From Anaerolineales bacterium (GTDB lineage Bacteria; Chloroflexota; Anaerolineae; Anaerolineales; UBA4823), in assembly GCA_027494035.1 (NCBI GenBank), contig JAOSJQ010000001.1:3182131-3246130 (forward strand): a DNA stretch of 64,000 bases. The letters run 5' to 3'. The notes beneath the pieces were generated by a model. That model made no database searches, was not told where the DNA came from, and worked only from the letters and a program-made list of their open reading frames with translations. How positions within the stretch are numbered: the stretch's first letter is position 1; every line of letters begins with the position of its first letter. Made by a program: the position numbers and the translations under genes. Positions 41,358 to 51,550 of the stretch are shown one piece after another.

Positions 41358-41892
41358 GGCTTTCTTCCCACTCTGAACGCAGGATGCTCATTTGCAGAAC
41401 GTCGATATACTTGCCATTCAAATAATAACCCTGCCGCTTTCGCCCTTCGTGCTTGAAGCCGGCTTTTTCATAAGAACGAATGGCGCGCGGGTTTGTCTCA
41501 TACACATCGAGCATGATCCGGTTCAGATTCAGCGTGTCGAACCCGACCTGGATCAACAGGCGCATGACTTTTGTTCCAAGCCCCTGTCCCCAGAGCCGCT
41601 TTTCGCCGATAAAAATTCCCACTTCGGCGGAGCGAATCCGCCAATCGATATTAAAAAAGGCACAATTTCCAATTCCAATCCAGATATTATCTTGTTGAGT
41701 TTCGATCAGGAACGGGTGTTCCTCTCCCGGTCGTTTGAGCATTTCCTCGAACCATCTCTGCTCATCAGCCATTGAAAGCGGCAAAACCATCTGGAGACCT
41801 TCACGGACTTCCGGATCATTTAGCCAGGCAACAAACGCTGCCAAGTCAGTTTGCTCGATCGCTCTGAAACGAATCCCGTCGCCATAAATCAT
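41350..41892 (-). CDS. GNAT N-acetyltransferase, RimJ/RimL family
   Basis: AEVGIFIG..WGQGLG, NPRAIRSYEKAGF..EG. Confidence 0.9.
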   Translation of the reverse strand: MIYGDGIRFRAIEQTDLAAFVAWLNDPEVREGLQMVLPLSMADEQRWFEEMLKRPGEEHPFLIETQQDNIWIGIGNCAFFNIDWRIRSAEVGIFIGEKRLWGQGLGTKVMRLLIQVGFDTLNLNRIMLDVYETNPRAIRSYEKAGFKHEGRKRQGYYLNGKYIDVLQMSILRSEWEESHA

Positions 41893-41912
41893 TGTCAGCC
41901 ATCCGTCATGAT

Positions 41913-42944
41913 CTAATTCTCGATCAGAAGTTGAACTGCTCGCCAGGGTGATAGTTCACGTCGAACCAGAAGATCTAAGATTTGCTCGTACTGCCCGTCA
42001 GAAATGCCCGCCATCCACCGCTTAAGCAGAGTATCGCGCAACAGCAGATCGACCTCGGCGTGCAGTCTTCTGCGTTCGCGCTGCTCGCGTTCGCCAGTCA
42101 TAGCTAGAAATCGGCGATGCAGTTCGATTGTCGAGCGAAGTTCTGACACACCCTGCCCCTCGACTGCGATGGTCTTGACCACCGGCGTCACCCACAATTC
42201 CGCCTCGCTCGAATTCGCAGGATTCGAAGGCGGCGACTCCGCTTCGATCCACCGGTGACCAGGCTTGCTCGAATGATCGCGCAGAATCTGTTTTGCCGGA
42301 TAGGCAAGCTGCAACATGCTGAGCAACGCCCGCTCGGTCGACTCAACCCCGGGGCGGTCAGCCTTGTTAATCACCAGAATATCCGCAATTTCGAGGATTC
42401 CAGCCTTCAACGCCTGGATGTCATCCCCAAGACCGGGGGCTTCGACGACCAGGGTGGTATGCGCCAGGCGGGCGATATCCACCTCAGCTTGCCCGGCGCC
42501 CACTGTCTCGATCAGGATTATCTCAAAGCCGGCTGCATCGAGAGCCTGTACTACGCCCGAAGTTGCTACAGCCAGACCTCCCACCGAACCCCTGGAAGCC
42601 ATTGACCGGATAAAAACGCCAGAATCGCCCGCGAGGTCACGCATGCGCACCCGGTCTCCCAAAATTGCGCCCCCGCTGAAAGGGCTAGAGGGATCCACGG
42701 CTACGATACCCACACGACCAGCCTCGCCATCTTCCGATTGACGAAACGCGATCGCCAGTTGGTTTACCAGCGAGGATTTTCCTGTTCCAGGCGCGCCGGT
42801 TACACCGATCAAATGGGCGCGGCCAGTGTAGGGAAAAAGCTCGTCCAGGGCGATCCGCCCGGCTTCGGTTCCATTTTCGATCTGGGTAATTACCCGAGCG
42901 AGCGCCAGCCGGCTGCCCGCCAGAAGTTCCTGCGACAATGTCAT
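41913..42944 (-). CDS. meaB: Methylmalonyl-CoA mutase-associated GTPase
   Basis: GVTGAPGTGKSS, AVDPSSPFSGGAILGDRVRM, ETVGAGQ, NKAD. Confidence 0.95.
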   Translation of the reverse strand: MTLSQELLAGSRLALARVITQIENGTEAGRIALDELFPYTGRAHLIGVTGAPGTGKSSLVNQLAIAFRQSEDGEAGRVGIVAVDPSSPFSGGAILGDRVRMRDLAGDSGVFIRSMASRGSVGGLAVATSGVVQALDAAGFEIILIETVGAGQAEVDIARLAHTTLVVEAPGLGDDIQALKAGILEIADILVINKADRPGVESTERALLSMLQLAYPAKQILRDHSSKPGHRWIEAESPPSNPANSSEAELWVTPVVKTIAVEGQGVSELRSTIELHRRFLAMTGEREQRERRRLHAEVDLLLRDTLLKRWMAGISDGQYEQILDLLVRRELSPWRAVQLLIEN

Positions 42945-42963
42945 GCGTCGATCACAGATCTCA

Positions 42964-43380
42964 CTAATTCGAATCGGCGTACGCCCGCGTGACCGCTAAG
43001 CGAATATCCTTCACGATTTGCTCTGTCAACGTCCCGGGACCATAAATTCCCCGAACGCCCATCGCCTGCAGTTTGGGGATGTCCTCGTCGGGGATGATGC
43101 CGCCCAGGAATATACTTACGTCTTCCTGTCCATTACTGCGCAGCAGCTCTAAAATGCGCGGCACCAGCGCCATATGCGCGCCTGACAAGACGGACAACCC
43201 AATCGCATCTACGTCTTCCTGCAAAGCGCTTTCAGCAATCATTTCCGGGGTTTGGCGCAATCCGGTGTAAATCACTTCCATTCCAGCGTCGCGCAGCGCC
43301 CGCGCAACCACTTTTGCGCCTCGGTCGTGTCCATCCAGCCCCGGTTTTGCCACAAGCACGCGAATTTTGCGGTCAGCCAT
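42964..43380 (-). CDS. Cobalamin-binding subunit of an acyl-CoA mutase
   Basis: [14 protein letters not shown] (DxHxxG), [14 protein letters not shown]. Confidence 0.93.
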   Translation of the reverse strand: MADRKIRVLVAKPGLDGHDRGAKVVARALRDAGMEVIYTGLRQTPEMIAESALQEDVDAIGLSVLSGAHMALVPRILELLRSNGQEDVSIFLGGIIPDEDIPKLQAMGVRGIYGPGTLTEQIVKDIRLAVTRAYADSN

Positions 43381-43470
43381 ATTCACCTCGATTATCGAGC
43401 TAATTTAAGCACTCAGATTATACCCCGATCATAATCCCCACGATCTTGCGACTCTGCGCTTTTAAAGCGC

Positions 43471-44826
43471 CTATTTTTCCGGGGTGGAGATGACCTCGCT
43501 GGTGGGCGTCGCCCGGATCATCTGTTGCGCGGTCTGGATCATCGAGAGCGCCAGGTTCACCGGTCGCAATGCGTTAATAAAACCGCCAACCGGAACGCAC
43601 GCATCCCTCTGATCGACTTCACCGTCCATGTTGGTATCCGTAATGACCCGGCAATCCACCACATCGCGCTCGCCGCCGGGTCCCAGTTGAGTAGGCACGG
43701 CGATCATCTCGCCTTTTGAATTGAGGACGACCCCGCCGCTTGTCCCGCCGGAGATTGTCGCCGAGGTTTTTATGTAAGCCCGGTCGCCATACGCGCGTTG
43801 AGAGGTAAAACCACCTACACTGCCGCTGGTGAGCGTGATTGTATCTCCGCCTATTCCAGGATAGCCGAGGATCGTCAGTGGGTCGCCAAGTTCGACCAGG
43901 TTAGAATCGCCCACCTTTATTGCCGGCAGGTTTAGGTTTTTCCAATCAACCGGTTTATAACGCAAATCCGACACGATCCGCAGAATCGCCAGGTCCAGGT
44001 CTTCATCAGTCAAAATCGGCTCGGCGTAATAGGTTTCCACCGGCTCCTCTGCCGGATCGTTGGTCAAAGCAATCACAAAAACATCCGGACGCGCGCCCGG
44101 GATCGGCAGCACCAGGTGAGCGTTTGTCAGGATCAGTCCATCCGGCGTCAAAATCGTTCCCGAACCGCCCCACAGGTTGCGCAAGTAGCTTGAGTGCTTA
44201 ACTTTGGCTATGATCTTCACGACCGATCGGTAAGGCAGCGCCATCGAGGTGGCAGTCGGTGGCACGTCTGTCGGCGGCAGGGGCTGCGGAGTCCAAGTAG
44301 GGGGAATGGTGGGGGGCGCTTGAGTTGCGGTGGGTTCGAGCACGAGTTTCTTGTTGAACAAAATGCGAAAGCCGGTTGAGTATGTTTTTTTCTTGCTGAT
44401 AATTTCCATCCGGCTGGCTACGTCTGCAATTTGCCAGGGCATCAGTTTGATCACAAACTCGCGCCGTTCACCCGGTTCGAGCATCATCCCAATCTTGTAA
44501 CCGGTCCAATCAACGTAGAATTCTTGTTGACCGGGAAATATCGATGGGAAAACCTCTTCGATCACAGCGGCATCGGTTAACTGCGCCGGCATCCGAATTT
44601 CATCGACTTGAAAAACGCTATCCCCCTCGTTCTCGATCATGATCTTAATCTGGATTTCTTCGCCAAGATCAGCTTGCGGCGGAGCCAGCACATAGATATT
44701 GATTTGTGGTTTTCCCCCAAAGATCGATGGCGCAGCTCCCCTCATGAGTAGAATAGCAGCCGCAGCCGCCAGGATAAACGTGATGACACCCATTGCGACC
44801 AAGGATATGATCCATTCACGTTTCAT
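43471..44826 (-). CDS. Membrane-anchored trypsin-like serine protease
   Basis: TM anchor, GSG, LTNAHLV, DLAILR, ISGGTSGG. Confidence 0.85.
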   Translation of the reverse strand: MKREWIISLVAMGVITFILAAAAAILLMRGAAPSIFGGKPQINIYVLAPPQADLGEEIQIKIMIENEGDSVFQVDEIRMPAQLTDAAVIEEVFPSIFPGQQEFYVDWTGYKIGMMLEPGERREFVIKLMPWQIADVASRMEIISKKKTYSTGFRILFNKKLVLEPTATQAPPTIPPTWTPQPLPPTDVPPTATSMALPYRSVVKIIAKVKHSSYLRNLWGGSGTILTPDGLILTNAHLVLPIPGARPDVFVIALTNDPAEEPVETYYAEPILTDEDLDLAILRIVSDLRYKPVDWKNLNLPAIKVGDSNLVELGDPLTILGYPGIGGDTITLTSGSVGGFTSQRAYGDRAYIKTSATISGGTSGGVVLNSKGEMIAVPTQLGPGGERDVVDCRVITDTNMDGEVDQRDACVPVGGFINALRPVNLALSMIQTAQQMIRATPTSEVISTPEK

Positions 44827-44959
44827 AAGACAATCTACCTACCCATTAAGCGAAATTTCTTTAATGTATTCTGAATCCAAACTATGCAAGAATTATACCT
44901 TGTCCGTCTGATTTCAAACCGCACAGATTAGAAAGGCAAATTATAATTTCCAACCAGGT

Positions 44960-45610
44960 ATGAAAATCATCCGATCTGATCGCCGCACATTGGCAATAAT
45001 CATCGAGAGCGATGGGAGTCTGACGGTTCGAGCGCCGCTTCGCCTGAGCCAACTGGAAATCGATCGTTTCCTCGCCACTAAGCAGCGCTGGATTCAATCC
45101 AAACAAACCATCGCATTCAGCCAAGTTCCTCCCCCACACAATTTCGAAACCGGTGAGAGCTTTCCATTTTTAGGAAACGATCATCTGCTGAATCTAGTCG
45201 ATAACCCAAGCCAGCCGCTCGAATTAAAAGACTTCTTTCTGCTGGATCGCCGCCTGAAGAACCGAGGCTGCGAGATATTTACCCGCTGGTATCGGGATCA
45301 AGCCAGGAGAATTTTTGGCGAGCGTTTGGCGCATTTTACACACCTGCATAAAATGGGCTACAACAAGCTGCGAATATCCAGCGCGAAAACTCGCTGGGGA
45401 TCTTGCAGCAACCGCAAAACGATCAGCCTGACCTGGCGATTGGTAATGGCGCCGCTTCCCGTTGTGGACTACCTGATACTTCACGAGTTGACGCACCTGG
45501 AAATCCCAAACCACTCGCAGCAATTCTGGGCGCGGGTCGCGCAGTTTTGTCCAGATTATCGACTGCATCGTAAGTGGCTTAAAGACAACGGCGCCCGATT
45601 AGCGCTTTGA
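44960..45610 (+). CDS. YgjP/DUF45 (SprT-like) metal-dependent hydrolase
   Basis: KTRWGSCS, DYLILHELTHL..NHS..FW. Confidence 0.92.
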   Translation: MKIIRSDRRTLAIIIESDGSLTVRAPLRLSQLEIDRFLATKQRWIQSKQTIAFSQVPPPHNFETGESFPFLGNDHLLNLVDNPSQPLELKDFFLLDRRLKNRGCEIFTRWYRDQARRIFGERLAHFTHLHKMGYNKLRISSAKTRWGSCSNRKTISLTWRLVMAPLPVVDYLILHELTHLEIPNHSQQFWARVAQFCPDYRLHRKWLKDNGARLAL

Positions 45611-45686
45611 TTGGAATAAGTCGTGCAACCTAAAGACTATGCTTGCCCATCGCATGAAAATAGCAAAAAAAAGGAGTCTTCCAGCG

Positions 45687-47018
45687 ATGTCAACTAAGTT
45701 CCTAAAACACGCCTGGAGAGCGGGAACAGTCATCCTCATTCTAGTGACTGCGTGCGCTCCTTTACCGAGCCCTGCTGCTTCTCCCACGACTCAAATAATT
45801 CCAGCCACTCAAGGCGCCCAATTGCTGCCAACACGCGAAGCCTCGCCGACCATTTCAAGCGTCGTTCCAACAGTTAAATCCCCCCCCACGCCAGCGCCCC
45901 CCCTGCCTCCTGCCGTAGGACCCGCGCTGGCTTACCTGAAATCGGGCGACATTTGGATGGTTGACGAACCGGGGAGCGAACCCTATCCGCTAACTGTTGC
46001 TGGCGACATCTTGAGTTTCGCCTGGGCTCCAAGCGCGGAGAGACTGGTGGCATTCAACGGACGTACGCTGTGTTTCTTCCATCGGGATGGCAGCGTGCGC
46101 ACCGCTTGCCTCGAGATCGGCTTATCAGATGAGCAAGCCCAGGTCGAACGCCGGCTGGTTCTCTCTCCCGACCAGCGTTGGGTGGTCTTGTGGAACCCCG
46201 CCAGCCCGCCTCCGGCTGACGAAATCGGCTGGATCATTGTAGCTCTGGACTCAACCAACACAATGTATCGGATACAAGACCCCGTTGACTGGGGAGCGCA
46301 AATTACCGATCCAGTCGAACAGGGCGGGTTCACCGGCAAACCCGTTTTCCTTCCCGATAGCCGGCTAATTGGCGCGCTTTCGCACCGCTCATTATGCACT
46401 GCTGAGGGATGCGCGTACAAGCTCTATGAATTCGATCTCCAGAACCGCCAGTTCACTCCCTTTAACCAGCCTTTGGAATCTCAATCCCTCCTGGTGAGCG
46501 ACGGCGCCGCTCTTGATCTGACAACCGATGGTCGAATGTTGATCGAATTTGGCGCCGTCTTTGAGAGTTGCGAATCGTATTCAACCCGTGTGAACGTGAC
46601 CGATCTCGAGGCAGCAACTGTCACCAATCACGTGCTGGATGACGAAAACCTAATCGGAATGGATTTTCAGCCGGGTTCGGATCAGGCGGTGCTTGCTCGT
46701 TCGAAAGGCTGCCGAGACCCCGAATTACCTGCCTGGGCGGTCCAATGCCGCCTCACCTCAGACCAGGAAGTACTGCCCATGCAGATTTGGAATCCGGAAA
46801 CCCAGCAGCGCGACGACCTGATCCCTGGGATCGCGCCTGCCTGGGCGCCGAACGGGGATTGGATCGTCTTTGAGTCTTGCCTTTCGCAGGGCGAAACCGG
46901 CGCCTGGCAGCCCGATGGGTCTGCCGCGCCGGCTCTGTTCCTTTTCAGTTCCTCTGACCAAACGATAACGACAATTGATCAAGGGGCGCTCTCGCAGTGG
47001 CAGCCGCGAGTCAACTAG
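45687..47018 (+). CDS. Putative lipoprotein with TolB/beta-propeller-like repeats
   Basis: AAGGAG RBS, lipobox VTAC, Pro/Thr linker, WAP/LSPD repeats. Confidence 0.65.
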   Translation: MSTKFLKHAWRAGTVILILVTACAPLPSPAASPTTQIIPATQGAQLLPTREASPTISSVVPTVKSPPTPAPPLPPAVGPALAYLKSGDIWMVDEPGSEPYPLTVAGDILSFAWAPSAERLVAFNGRTLCFFHRDGSVRTACLEIGLSDEQAQVERRLVLSPDQRWVVLWNPASPPPADEIGWIIVALDSTNTMYRIQDPVDWGAQITDPVEQGGFTGKPVFLPDSRLIGALSHRSLCTAEGCAYKLYEFDLQNRQFTPFNQPLESQSLLVSDGAALDLTTDGRMLIEFGAVFESCESYSTRVNVTDLEAATVTNHVLDDENLIGMDFQPGSDQAVLARSKGCRDPELPAWAVQCRLTSDQEVLPMQIWNPETQQRDDLIPGIAPAWAPNGDWIVFESCLSQGETGAWQPDGSAAPALFLFSSSDQTITTIDQGALSQWQPRVN

Positions 47019-47167
47019 CGCTTGTTGTTGATCACCAGCGCGGCAATCACGCCTGGCACCCAGCCAATCAACGTCAAAATTGTTACAATTACAATTGAAC
47101 CGCAGCCGCGGTCTAAAACTGCCAGAGGAGGAAACACCACACAAAACAATACGCGCCAAATGCTCAT
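47015..47167 (-). CDS. YqaE/Pmp3 family small membrane protein (50 aa, not in the ORF track)
   Basis: Hand translation MSIWRVLFCVVFPPLAVLDRGCGSIVIVTILTLIGWVPGVIAALVINNKR; PPLAV and LTLIGWVPG motifs; AAAGGA upstream. Confidence 0.9.
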   Translation of the reverse strand: MSIWRVLFCVVFPPLAVLDRGCGSIVIVTILTLIGWVPGVIAALVINNKR

Positions 47168-47270
47168 TGTCTTTCTTTCCTTTCACCGGTAGATATTCTA
47201 TAATCCTTACGCACCAGAAACATTAAAGTTTCATTTATTATTCTGGCAGAAGTAGTTTATCCCGATAACC

Positions 47271-47942
47271 ATGCGCAAATTACTGTATAAGCCCGCGGGC
47301 ATAGGTTTGTTTACCCCTGCGTTATTACTGGCTGCAGTCTTTCTTCTGAGCTGTATTGCGCCCGACAGAATAATTCGCTGGATCCAAACCCCTACGCCCA
47401 CGCCCACCAACACCCTGACGCCCACTCCGAGCCCAACCTCAACCCGCACACCGCGGCCTACTAACACCTCCACTGCGACACCAAGCCCGACGCCTACCGT
47501 ATCATTTGTATCAACCAGAACGAACACACCTCAACCGCCAACCGTGACGCCCGGTCACAATGAGATCACCAATGGTTCAAATGTCTGGCGGCTCACATTG
47601 GTGGATTTTCCAGCATACATTTCTGTATTTGGACAGCGATTTGCGCCGCCCCTGCGCAAAAACCCTTTGCAGGCGTATGTGTTTATCCGCCTGAATTTCG
47701 AATGCGCGACGGGTGCATCCTTAATCCAGCTATACACTGGCAAGGATATGGGTTTGACGTTTGTGTTCAAAGAAATCGGCTATCCGGACAATTACATCGA
47801 GGATGCGCAAGGGCAAAAATATCCGATCACCCTGCTGGGCTCCTGCTGGCTGGCTGCTCCAATCCCGTCAACCCGCATGCAAGATGAGGTTTTCGTGTTG
47901 CATTTCAAGGATCAACCCCCATTCGAATTTCACGCTCGCTAA
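47271..47942 (+). CDS. Putative lipoprotein with a Pro/Thr repeat linker
   Basis: LLSC lipobox and TPTPTPTNTLTPTPSPT. Confidence 0.6.
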   Translation: MRKLLYKPAGIGLFTPALLLAAVFLLSCIAPDRIIRWIQTPTPTPTNTLTPTPSPTSTRTPRPTNTSTATPSPTPTVSFVSTRTNTPQPPTVTPGHNEITNGSNVWRLTLVDFPAYISVFGQRFAPPLRKNPLQAYVFIRLNFECATGASLIQLYTGKDMGLTFVFKEIGYPDNYIEDAQGQKYPITLLGSCWLAAPIPSTRMQDEVFVLHFKDQPPFEFHAR

Positions 47943-47977
47943 CCATCGGTGCCAGGCTCCAGACGATGGTTAGCCGG

Positions 47978-48994
47978 TTATAAACCAGCCAGTTTCCCTT
48001 TTCTTTTCACTAATTCTGATTTCTCTTCTGAGCTTAAGAATGCAATTGCAAGGGCATTATGCTGGATTGTGCGAATTTGATCCCGGCTCAAACCCGCCAG
48101 CAGCGTGGCAACATCGTATTCATGCCTCAGGTCAATCGCGCTGATCGCAGGATCATCCGTGTTGATCGTTGCCAGCAGCCCATGTTCTACAAACTGGCGT
48201 ATCGGGTGAGAGGCATAATTTTCCACGCTGCTGGTCTGTACGTTGCTGGTTAAATTACATTCAATTCCAATCCGTTTGTCGCGCAGTTCATCTATCAACC
48301 ACGGGTCTTTGACGGCTGAAAGACCGTGCCCAATTCTGACCGCGCCAAGATCGCGCATCGCCTCCCGAATGCTCTCCGGTCCAACACCCTCACCAGCGTG
48401 CACAGTGATTTTCCAGCCCGCAGCACGCGCCAGTTTGAAATGTTCTGTGAACAGCTTTGCCGGGAATTTTTCTTCATCCCCCGCCAAATCGAGCGCTGAA
48501 ATTTGATCCTTGAATTCCATTAAAGCTTTCAGTTCTTGCAATCCCGCGCTTGCGCCGTATGTGCGGCTGATTATCCCAATCAATTTCACCGAGACCTTAA
48601 AAGCCCGTCGCCCTTCCTCGACGCCCGCGCAAACCGCCTCGACAACTTTGACCGGGTCCAGCCCATGCGCCATCGCCATGAACCGCGGGCTGAACCTGAG
48701 TTCGACGTGATCTAAGCCCTCATGCAGTGCATCCTCCACATTCTCGTAGGCAATCCGCTTACAGGCTTCGTAATCGACCAGAATTTGGGTCAGCCAGTAA
48801 AATTTCTCTATGAAAGCCATTACCCCGGGTTGCGGTCCACTGACTTGAATGAACGGTTTCATCCCTTCCACGGTCCATGCGGGCAACGGTAATTTGTGCA
48901 ATCTTCCTAATTCGATAATCGTTTCAATTCGCACGTTGCCGTCAAGATGACGGTGAAGATCAATCAGGGGGATTCCAGAATCGATGTTTGACAT
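47978..48994 (-). CDS. add: Adenosine deaminase (second paralog)
   Basis: DLHRHLDGNVR, DLAGDE, HAGE, RIGHG, TSNVQT, NTDDP. Confidence 0.92.
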   Translation of the reverse strand: MSNIDSGIPLIDLHRHLDGNVRIETIIELGRLHKLPLPAWTVEGMKPFIQVSGPQPGVMAFIEKFYWLTQILVDYEACKRIAYENVEDALHEGLDHVELRFSPRFMAMAHGLDPVKVVEAVCAGVEEGRRAFKVSVKLIGIISRTYGASAGLQELKALMEFKDQISALDLAGDEEKFPAKLFTEHFKLARAAGWKITVHAGEGVGPESIREAMRDLGAVRIGHGLSAVKDPWLIDELRDKRIGIECNLTSNVQTSSVENYASHPIRQFVEHGLLATINTDDPAISAIDLRHEYDVATLLAGLSRDQIRTIQHNALAIAFLSSEEKSELVKRKGKLAGL

Positions 48995-49217
48995 AATGAG
49001 ATACCTGCCGAATGCATTTTATCAGCGAATCTACTCACTTCGCCCACGCAACTTTGACATTTGGATATATTCAAGCACCCAATATTGATATAATTGGGGT
49101 CTAACGCCAAACACCATTATCGGTGACATAATCCTGGCGTCTGAGTTGAAATGGATAAAATCCGTCCTTTTCTCCGGAAGATGAGCCAGGAACTACATTT
49201 CGAGGATACAGAAGCAA

Positions 49218-49988
49218 ATGGACGATCAAATCGAAACAAACGAGGCAATAACATATCCAGAGAAAAAACTGGGCGGATCTACCGGGTCAATTAATTGGGC
49301 AGTAATATCGATCGGATTGATTGGTTTATTAATCGGTCTGGTGATCGGTTACATGGGGCGAGGCGTCCTCGGTCCTGAAGCTACAGCTGCCCGTGGCACT
49401 CAGACCGCAGCCGCGGTGGCAATGCAAACGCGTGCCGCCGCCAACCAGGAGGTGATGAAGATGGTAGTCGCTGAAGCGCGTCACTTCAAGGGAGACCCCA
49501 ATGCGCCTGTCACCTTGATCGAATTCAGCGATTTTCAATGCCCTTATTGCAGCGCCTGGAATAATGACGCGGGCATGAAAATCGAACAACAATATGTGGA
49601 ATCTGGCAAGGTTCAGGTTGGCTATTTTCACTTCCCCTTCCTCGGACAGGAATCTTTGGATGCAGCCCAAGCTGCTGAGTGCGCTGGCGAACAGGGGAAG
49701 TTCTGGGAATTTCATGATTTCCTGTTCTCAAACCAGAACGGCGAAAACCAGGGCGCTTTTTCAATAGATAATTTAAAAGCGTTTGCTGCCAAAATGGGAC
49801 TTGATACTGAGGCATTCAATTCGTGTGTAGATGCCGGCAACTACACCGACGTCATCGCCAAGCAAGTTCAACTTGCCAGGCAGCTTGGCGTTCAGAGCAC
49901 ACCCAGTTTTCTAATCAATGGCACCCCCATTGTTGGCGCTCAACCGTTCGAAAACTTCACGCAAGTAATTGATCCAATGTTGAAATAG
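49218..49988 (+). CDS. DsbA/BdbD-family thiol-disulfide oxidoreductase
   Basis: TM anchor, GDPNAPVTLIEFSDFQCPYC, AAECAGEQGKFW, GVQSTP. Confidence 0.93.
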   Translation: MDDQIETNEAITYPEKKLGGSTGSINWAVISIGLIGLLIGLVIGYMGRGVLGPEATAARGTQTAAAVAMQTRAAANQEVMKMVVAEARHFKGDPNAPVTLIEFSDFQCPYCSAWNNDAGMKIEQQYVESGKVQVGYFHFPFLGQESLDAAQAAECAGEQGKFWEFHDFLFSNQNGENQGAFSIDNLKAFAAKMGLDTEAFNSCVDAGNYTDVIAKQVQLARQLGVQSTPSFLINGTPIVGAQPFENFTQVIDPMLK

Positions 49989-50022
49989 CGAGCCATTTGG
50001 GATCAATTACCCCTCGATCGAC

Positions 50023-50589
50023 ATGAGTGATTCAGCGATACCCATCTCGCTGGTTGTATTCGATGGAGACGATACGCTTTGGTACGGTCTGGATGGCGGT
50101 TACATTTCTGGAACAGATTACCGCGATTCAGGTCAGAGCGATTTCAGCTTCCATCGATTAGACTCGTTACACATACAAAGGAATGACGGTCAGCGATTTC
50201 GCCTCTTCCCCGAAGTGCTGTCGGTGCTTCCTGAGCTTGTGCGCCTCAATGTGCTCATCTCGTTAGCAAGTTATAATCATCGCCAGCCGGTGGTTGAGGC
50301 GCTCAGGGCATTCGAAATCGATCATTACTTCGAACACCCGGTCATCGAATGGAGCAGCCGCAAGGACCAAATGATCAAGAGCATCTTGCGCGACTTTACC
50401 CTCAGCAATTATCTCGTAAGTCCAAACTCAACGCTGTTCATCGATGACGACCATCACGGGCATTACCGCCGTCAGATGGCATCCATCGACGTACACTTCT
50501 TGCAAAAAGGCGTGGACATCATGAATCTGGAAGAGATTCTCCAGCATCCACGATATAGGCTCGTCCCAGCTCAAAAAAGTCTCCTTTGA
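50023..50589 (+). CDS. HAD-superfamily phosphatase (MDP-1/IIIC-like)
   Basis: [21 protein letters not shown] motifs. Confidence 0.8.
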   Translation: MSDSAIPISLVVFDGDDTLWYGLDGGYISGTDYRDSGQSDFSFHRLDSLHIQRNDGQRFRLFPEVLSVLPELVRLNVLISLASYNHRQPVVEALRAFEIDHYFEHPVIEWSSRKDQMIKSILRDFTLSNYLVSPNSTLFIDDDHHGHYRRQMASIDVHFLQKGVDIMNLEEILQHPRYRLVPAQKSLL

Positions 50590-50615
50590 ATCCAACAGGC
50601 GATCCGGAGGAAGAA

Positions 50616-51036
50616 ATGCGTTCATTCAGAAAAGAGTTGTGGTTCAATGTACCTAACCGGCGTGGTTTCGTAAACATCACTCCCGAGGTCGAGGCGTGTT
50701 TACAAGAGAGCGCGATCAGAGAAGGGCTCGTGCTCGTAAATGCAATGCACATCACTGCCTCTGTCTTTATCAACGACGACGAAAACGGTCTCCATCAGGA
50801 CTACGACCGCTGGCTTGAAAAACTCGCTCCGCATGAGCCGGTATCTCAGTACCTGCATAACCGCACTGGAGAAGACAACGCCGACGCGCACCTCAAGCGC
50901 CAGGTGATGGGGCGCGAGGTCGTGATTGCCGTCACACAGGGTCGACTGGATTTAGGGTCCCTGGGAGCAGATATTTTATGGAGAGTTTGACGGACGCCGC
51001 CGCAAGCGTGTGTTGGTCAAGATCATTGGTGAATAA
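50616..51036 (+). CDS. yjbQ: YjbQ/UPF0047 family protein; extra G near 50956
   Basis: HITAS, NADAHLK; removing one G restores [29 protein letters not shown]. Confidence 0.9.
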
Positions 51037-51093
51037 CCACGGTGAAAAACCAATTTATCGAAATCCATAAAATATGACATAATCAGGATTAAT

Positions 51094-51127
51094 ATCCATT
51101 GCCGAATGGATTGGTTTTCGATATAGT
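51094..51127 (+). promoter_or_regulatory. Promoter of the Cys-Ala-tail/radical SAM operon with a palindrome over the -35 box
   Basis: TTGCCG (51099-51104), 17-bp spacer, TATAGT (51122-51127); perfect ATCCATT-GCCG-AATGGAT repeat at 51094-51111. Confidence 0.55.
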
Positions 51128-51156
51128 GTGAAATAAGCTGCGCGTTCGGAGGAAAA

Positions 51157-51519
51157 ATGAAAATCATTGCCTATATCGCCGCCGCAATTCTGGTTTTCTT
51201 TGGCATCCTGTTTATCTGGGGCGCTTTCAGCCCAGAGGGCTCCGCTGGCTGGATTATTGTGGGATTAATCAGCATCGGCATCGGCTTTACCATCATCTGG
51301 TTTGCCAGCCGGGCAAAGTCAGCCGCGGCAAATGGGCAAGGCGCAAACGTTACCTACCAGGTAGATCTGCCAGCGAACGTCAACCTCGATACGCTCAAGT
51401 GTCGGTCATGCGGCGGGACCCTGACCAAAGAAAACATCACTATGGTCGCCGGCGCGCCGGTTGTGACTTGTCCATATTGCGGAACCACCTATCAGCTTAC
51501 AGAAGAGCCTAAGTGGTAA
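51157..51519 (+). CDS. Two-TM membrane protein with a C-terminal zinc ribbon
   Basis: GGAGG RBS, two TM helices, CRSCG-x16-CPYCG. Confidence 0.8.
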   Translation: MKIIAYIAAAILVFFGILFIWGAFSPEGSAGWIIVGLISIGIGFTIIWFASRAKSAAANGQGANVTYQVDLPANVNLDTLKCRSCGGTLTKENITMVAGAPVVTCPYCGTTYQLTEEPKW

Positions 51520-51550
51520 ACCCATGGTTCCAAACAAAACAGAGGCGGCA

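Noticed and set aside
41913-43380. meaB and B12-binding subunit without a mutase large subunit as an anomaly
   Set aside because: Split acyl-CoA mutases with unlinked subunits are common; the large subunit may lie outside the window
47389-47500. Tandem ACnCCn repeats as a CRISPR or VNTR
   Set aside because: They encode a Pro/Thr linker; there is no repeat-spacer structure and no cas gene
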